A stretch of DNA of 64,000 nucleotides, from NCBI GenBank assembly GCA_944362545.1, contig CALVTJ010000005.1, positions 65,682-129,681 on the forward strand, given 5' to 3'. Below the pieces are notes generated by a model that did no database searches, had not been told where the DNA came from, and saw nothing but the letters and a program-made list of their open reading frames with translations. The stretch is from an uncultured Clostridia bacterium (lineage in GTDB: Bacteria; Bacillota; Clostridia; Christensenellales; UBA1242). A program made the translations under genes and the position numbers. Each line of letters begins with the position of its first letter. The first letter of the stretch is position 1. Below, one piece after another: positions 59,706 through 64,000 of the stretch.

Positions 59706-59832
59706 TTTAAACCTCCTTAAAGTCCATACACTAATATGATATGAAAAGGTTTTGCAAATTGCCACAAAAATTTTTGCAAATCGCTTGCCACGCTTTACTG
59801 TGTTGTTGTTTTTCTAAAAAGCACATAGTGCC

Positions 59833-59926
59833 TGTCATTCTAACGATTCATGACCGTCTTTGTTTTTATCGTAATCCCCTTTTGTCATTCTGAGCCGGCT
59901 GTGAAACAACCGAGTCGAAGAATCTC
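59833..59926. repeat. Two copies of a TGTCATTCT-containing short intergenic repeat
   Basis: TGTCATTCT occurs at 59833-59841 and 59883-59891. The second copy continues GAGCCGG...CGAAGAATCTCA with partial dyad symmetry. Confidence 0.3.
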
Positions 59927-59927
59927 A

Positions 59928-59966
59928 CAAAAAAAGAAGGTTAAATTTGATAACCTTCTTTTTTTA
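59928..59966. terminator. Bidirectional intrinsic terminator after the 942-aa gene
   Basis: Stem GAAGGTTA (59936-59943) pairs with TAACCTTC (59951-59958). A-run and T-run flank it. Confidence 0.7.
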
Positions 59967-59971
59967 TAACA

Positions 59972-62800
59972 TTAAATTCTGCTACCCGCACTCATTGTCA
60001 TGGCAAAGCGAACACCAAACATGTTGTCAAGCCAACTCGAAGTTTCCAAACCGGCAGATGTGATTATCTTTCCATTGCCAAGATTTGTGCCTAGTGTGCG
60101 TGTCCAATAGTTTGCATATTCATCACTGCCTATGCCTAGCAAGAAGCAAACCATGTCACTTGCATATGCTCTGATATCTTCAAAACTTTCTTTTATACTT
60201 TCTTTTATCTCATCCACACTTGCCACTCTTAAACCATTCTCTGTTCTGCTTACAGTGGTCACCTTGTCTTGTTGCCCAGCATTGCCGTATCTATAATATG
60301 TCACACTTCTGCTGGTGTCATATTTAGGATCAGCATATGCACTTGCACTGTTTGTGTTGGAAATGGACACATTTGAAAACAGTTCACTTGATGTAAATGC
60401 CCATCCTTCACGAACAGTGTCATTTGTCACCGCACTTGCCATAAGCACTCTGTCACTGACCACAGTGAAGTTTGTCTTGTAGGAACCATATGCATCCCAT
60501 CCATCTGGATAGTCTGTGCTTGACACTCCATATTCACTCACTCGCCACCTGATTGGCTCAACTTCAAAGAAATAATATTGCCTACTGGTGAATGTCACCC
60601 GTCCAACACTTGTCTGAATTGTCATGGTGCTTGATGCTCTTAGTTTTACATACTCGTTTCCACCATATTTATAAATTGGAATGGACACATTTGATGTTCC
60701 ATTAAAATATCTTATTGAAGAGCCCGATACTGTTGCCGAACTTGACAGTGTCGTGTTCATGCTGTTTCCAACATAGCTCTGTGGATACTTTCCATCCTCA
60801 AAATACCAATATCTGTCTGTGCTGTCATATTTAAGCTGATTGTCAGATTTCACCTTAAAGAAGGCATATATAATTGTGTTTCCAGTTGGTGTGATTGAAT
60901 TTTGTAAACTTGTTCCAGTCGGCGGTCTTTCTATCGTTGCAATTCCAACAAAAGCAAAGCCTTCATTTGTGGTTTGTGCAGTGACAGTTATTTCTCTCTT
61001 TAAAGTAGGTGCTGAAATCGCATATTGCAGTTGTGTTGCAGTGGCAGTGTCAACAACTTGTGATGTTCTTATAGTCGTACCATTGTTATCATAATAATAT
61101 GTAGCAACAACTGTTCCACCAGCCACCGAATTTGAATAACTCGTGCCATTTGTTGATGTCATAATCTGCAGTTTCACGGTCACCGATTCTGGTGTCCATT
61201 CTGCATACAATGTCCTATCACCATTGAGAGAAAAGGTTGCTCCGGCATTGTAATGCGTGCCTGTTCCATTTTCATTTGTGTTCCACCCTGCAAATGTGTA
61301 GCCTTCTCTAGTTGCAGTTGTCGGCAATGTGATTGAGAAACCGTGTGCTTTATATTGTGATCCAGGAGAACTTCCACCATTTCCATCAAAACTAATATAG
61401 TATTGTTGCCTAGCGTAGACATTTATTGTCACATCATGATATTCTTCGGTATATCCACCACCAACCAGCATTCCCGATGTATAATAAGTCCATGTGTATG
61501 TATATGATCTAGGTTCAACAACAGGGTCTTCGGGAGTTCCAACTACTTTACCCCCTAAAACGGCATCGTAATTGCTTGATGTTGGATATGAACTTGCATC
61601 TACATTAACATAATATGTGGGATCTGCCATTCCCAAGTCCAATTCAATATCCATTGTTGCTGGTTTGCCAATTTGTAGCATTCCGATACTTGTAATTGAA
61701 ACAACTGAGGTTTGTCCAGATGTGATATATTCATCACTTGTCGATGCTTGTGTCCCTGTTATAATACCACCTCCAACAGTGCCAGAGGAAGATGCTGAAT
61801 CTGGATCAATGTGAAGTTGAGGGGCATCTGTATGAACACTATAAAATCTTATAGTCAATTTTGGCAAATTAGATTCCCACACTGCATAAAGTGTATCATC
61901 TTCATCAGCATAAGTTGAAGAATATGTTGCGCCTGCTTTCCATGTGGCAGAAGATGCGGTTGAGGATGTTGACCAGCCCAAAAATGTGTAATCTGTTCTT
62001 GTTGGCACGGTTGTTGGCAATGTGGACGAAACGCCCGCAAGAATTGATTTGGATGTTGGAGCTCCACTTCCACCATTGGCGTTAAACGAGATTATATATC
62101 TAGAACGCATATAAATATTATATGTTCCACTCAATGTTGTTGAACAACTTGATCGTGCAGTTGATGCACTTGATGTATAACTTCCACTGCCATAGAGAAA
62201 ATATTCATCATAAATTGAACCGGCAATTCCTGAAATCTCACTTTGGCAAGAAGTATTTGATGTGCTTGTCGAAAGTCCACAAAATGCAACACCAGAACCC
62301 TCGTATAATACAAGTCTAATATATCTTCTTACGGAAGATGCATTATAATAACGCAAATAACTAAGATCCCCTGCATAATAATCTACACTGCTACCGCCAG
62401 AAACTGTCTGCGGTTGCCCAGTATATGAATATCCAGCATACATAGTACAAGCAGTTCCCCAACGTATATTGGTCCCAGTTGAATCAAACAAAGATGCAGT
62501 AAATTCCCCTGCTCTCGTTGCTGCATTTGTTGTGGATGTCGATGCCACAGTGTAAGCAGATGAACTTGTTCTTAAAAGGAATCTAATTGTCACATTGGCA
62601 CTGTCAGCAGATACATCATCATCCAATTTTTCTTCACTGCTTTGATTGTTGTCAGTTGGTATCTCTGCATCATCAGAATCTGCAATCTCTCCACCACTTT
62701 GTTCAGATGCCGTTCCACAAGATGTCAACAAAAAGGCTCCACCACCTAAGGTGGTGAACCCACACAAAATCATTACAATGATTGCGAATATTTTTTTCAC
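59972..62800 (-). CDS. Large surface lipoprotein with two Listeria-Bacteroides (Flg_new) repeats and a DUF6273-like C-terminal domain
   Basis: Lipobox LLTSC. The repeats read ISFNANGGSG...YTFLGWST...TLYAVWE and ISFDGNGGSS...YTFAGWNT...TLYAEWT. The C-terminus has EPIRWRV...YWTRT...GVRFAMTM. GTG start. Confidence 0.75.
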   Translation of the reverse strand: MKKIFAIIVMILCGFTTLGGGAFLLTSCGTASEQSGGEIADSDDAEIPTDNNQSSEEKLDDDVSADSANVTIRFLLRTSSSAYTVASTSTTNAATRAGEFTASLFDSTGTNIRWGTACTMYAGYSYTGQPQTVSGGSSVDYYAGDLSYLRYYNASSVRRYIRLVLYEGSGVAFCGLSTSTSNTSCQSEISGIAGSIYDEYFLYGSGSYTSSASTARSSCSTTLSGTYNIYMRSRYIISFNANGGSGAPTSKSILAGVSSTLPTTVPTRTDYTFLGWSTSSTASSATWKAGATYSSTYADEDDTLYAVWESNLPKLTIRFYSVHTDAPQLHIDPDSASSSGTVGGGIITGTQASTSDEYITSGQTSVVSITSIGMLQIGKPATMDIELDLGMADPTYYVNVDASSYPTSSNYDAVLGGKVVGTPEDPVVEPRSYTYTWTYYTSGMLVGGGYTEEYHDVTINVYARQQYYISFDGNGGSSPGSQYKAHGFSITLPTTATREGYTFAGWNTNENGTGTHYNAGATFSLNGDRTLYAEWTPESVTVKLQIMTSTNGTSYSNSVAGGTVVATYYYDNNGTTIRTSQVVDTATATQLQYAISAPTLKREITVTAQTTNEGFAFVGIATIERPPTGTSLQNSITPTGNTIIYAFFKVKSDNQLKYDSTDRYWYFEDGKYPQSYVGNSMNTTLSSSATVSGSSIRYFNGTSNVSIPIYKYGGNEYVKLRASSTMTIQTSVGRVTFTSRQYYFFEVEPIRWRVSEYGVSSTDYPDGWDAYGSYKTNFTVVSDRVLMASAVTNDTVREGWAFTSSELFSNVSISNTNSASAYADPKYDTSRSVTYYRYGNAGQQDKVTTVSRTENGLRVASVDEIKESIKESFEDIRAYASDMVCFLLGIGSDEYANYWTRTLGTNLGNGKIITSAGLETSSWLDNMFGVRFAMTMSAGSRI

Positions 62801-62806
62801 ATTTTT

Positions 62807-62835
62807 ATTATAACAATAAAAATATCTTTTTACAA
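62807..62835 (-). promoter_or_regulatory. Extended -10 promoter abutting the GTG start of the 942-aa gene (leaderless configuration)
   Basis: Minus strand reads TTGTAA (62830-62835), 17-nt spacer ending in TGT, TATAAT (62807-62812), AAAAAT, GTG. Confidence 0.55.
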
Positions 62836-62998
62836 AACATTTTTCGACATTTTGTCATTTTTTTTGTCATTTTTATAAAAAAATTTCAAAAATGGCACGC
62901 TCCAACGCGGTGCTTTGATACATATTATTTTTATATTTGATTTCTTTTCTTGTTCCATACTATTTTTTATGCAATAAAAAAGACAGTTGCCACAACTA

Positions 62999-63871
62999 TT
63001 ATGCCAACTGCCCTGCAATCGCACCATCACCACACGCTGTGACAATCTGTTTGAGAAATCCGCTTCGCACATCGCCGACCGCAAAAACATTTTCTTGTGA
63101 TGTCTGCATGTTTGCATCGGTTTTGATAAATCCCCTATCATCCAAGTCTAAAACTCTCTTGAAGATGTCCGTTTTCGGTCTCTTGCCGAGTTCCACAAAA
63201 AGTGCCGAAGTTTTGAAGAGTTTTTCTTTTCCGTTAAGCTTTGCCAAAACTCCTTCAACAGTGTCACTTCCTTCCACCTTTTCAATTTCGACATTTGACA
63301 CAACTTCAATTTTTGGATTTTTGAAGTTTGAGGCAAATTTTGACATATCTTGACTGTCAAGCACTGTCACCTTTGAGCAAACACCGGCAAGGTCAAGGGC
63401 CCCTTTTATACCACTTCCACCTTTGCTTGCCACGCAAACATCTTTGCCTTTATAAAAATTGGCATCACAAACGGCACAAAAACTCACACCACGCCCCAAA
63501 AAGTCATCTTCATTTTTGCCAAGAGGAACGCTTGCAAGACCGGTTGCAATGATGACACTTTCCGCTCTGTAGGTTTGTTTTTTGCCAAACAAAATTTTTT
63601 CTTTGCCCGTAAAATCAATCTTTTCTATGTCATCTAAAATCACTCCAATGCCCAAATGTTTGACTTGTTTTGCAAACATTTGTCCAAGCGTCAAACCATC
63701 AATCTCAGATTGCGAAGGGAAATTTTCAATTCGATTTAATGACAAAACCTGCCCACCCAAAGTGAACTTCTCAATTATGGCAACATTTCTGCCCCGTCTT
63801 TTTGCATATATTCCAGCGGTCATGCCTGCCACCCCACCGCCAATAATCAAAACATCAAATTTCTTTTCCAT
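62999..63871 (-). CDS. Thioredoxin-reductase-like flavoprotein lacking canonical NADPH-binding motifs
   Basis: FAD motif DVLIIGGGVAGMTAG, redox CAVCD and C-terminal FAVGDV. At the NADPH site, GGGxxA is replaced by SKGGSG and HRR is absent (LDSQDMSKF). Confidence 0.8.
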   Translation of the reverse strand: MEKKFDVLIIGGGVAGMTAGIYAKRRGRNVAIIEKFTLGGQVLSLNRIENFPSQSEIDGLTLGQMFAKQVKHLGIGVILDDIEKIDFTGKEKILFGKKQTYRAESVIIATGLASVPLGKNEDDFLGRGVSFCAVCDANFYKGKDVCVASKGGSGIKGALDLAGVCSKVTVLDSQDMSKFASNFKNPKIEVVSNVEIEKVEGSDTVEGVLAKLNGKEKLFKTSALFVELGKRPKTDIFKRVLDLDDRGFIKTDANMQTSQENVFAVGDVRSGFLKQIVTACGDGAIAGQLA

Positions 63872-63877
63872 ATTTTT

Positions 63878-63886
63878 ATTATATCA
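63878..63886 (-). promoter_or_regulatory. Extended -10 element abutting the TrxR-like start (leaderless configuration)
   Basis: Minus strand reads TGATATAAT, AAAAAT, ATG. The -35 region is poor. Confidence 0.45.
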
Positions 63887-64000
63887 CATTTTTTCACGTT
63901 TGCACTCTTTTTTAACAAAAAATATCCAAATTGTGTCCATTTTGCAGACAAAGGGAGTTGGGCAGCATCTGCCATGCTGTTTTCTATAATACCACTTCTT

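Noticed and set aside
59706-59745. Sigma-K-like -10 (CATATCATA) upstream of the 222-aa gene as evidence for a mother-cell sporulation promoter
   Set aside because: No matching -35 AC element occurs at the right spacing. The match is too short in AT-rich DNA to count as evidence.
62830-63141. 103-aa minus-strand ORF overlapping the 3' end of the TrxR-like gene and the upstream region of the 942-aa gene
   Set aside because: It overlaps a well-supported gene in another frame and covers the promoter of the surface-protein gene. It has no RBS.

Overview
AT-rich, densely coding chromosomal segment from a low-GC Gram-positive bacterium (Clostridia/Bacilli type, spore-former lineage). It uses the standard genetic code and carries about 60 protein genes, most on the minus strand.

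The content is overwhelmingly core housekeeping:
- tex (partial), a degenerate amidohydrolase-like gene, dinB, secD-secF, yajC
- T-box-controlled thrS next to ytxC, truA, pyruvate:ferredoxin oxidoreductase, a GDPD, glmS, rsmD, alr
- tRNA-Lys(CUU), a GT4 glycosyltransferase, an M1 lipoprotein peptidase, a DnaD/DnaB-type gene plus dnaI, tRNA-Trp(CCA)
- era-ybeY-yqfD-yqfC, floA, ogg, rplU-prp-rpmA, sepF-Zn ribbon-lspA-rluD, a Nudix gene
- the str operon rpsL-rpsG-fusA plus tuf, pcrA-ligA, rsmE-mtaB-rpsU, and the CIRCE-controlled hrcA-grpE-dnaK-dnaJ operon

Accessory-looking content is limited:
- four orphan lipoprotein or surface-protein genes (10582-11445, 32701-34758, 34827-36821, 59972-62800)
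- a small islet after tRNA-Trp (DUF378 gene, truncated aldo-keto reductase)
- a DUF4116 / XRE / gene-remnant patch followed by a Cys-bearing beta-rich 222-aa orphan

I found no CRISPR array, transposase, integrase, phage module or recognisable defence or toxin system. I cannot honestly nominate a multi-gene novel system.

The most unusual signals:
1. A consensus promoter followed by a ~250-nt structured leader that ends in an intrinsic terminator just upstream of rpsL.
2. A recurring leaderless-mRNA architecture: a -10 box exactly 6 nt before the start codon with no SD, at five to seven genes.
3. A ~115-aa Cys/His/Asp-rich, metal-binding-like N-terminal extension on GrpE.
4. An amidohydrolase-fold gene with all metal ligands apparently replaced.
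5. A TrxR-like flavoprotein lacking the NADPH motifs.
6. A duplicated tRNA-Trp 3' end (att-like scar).

All calls come from manual reading of the sequence and ORF track. No database searches were run.
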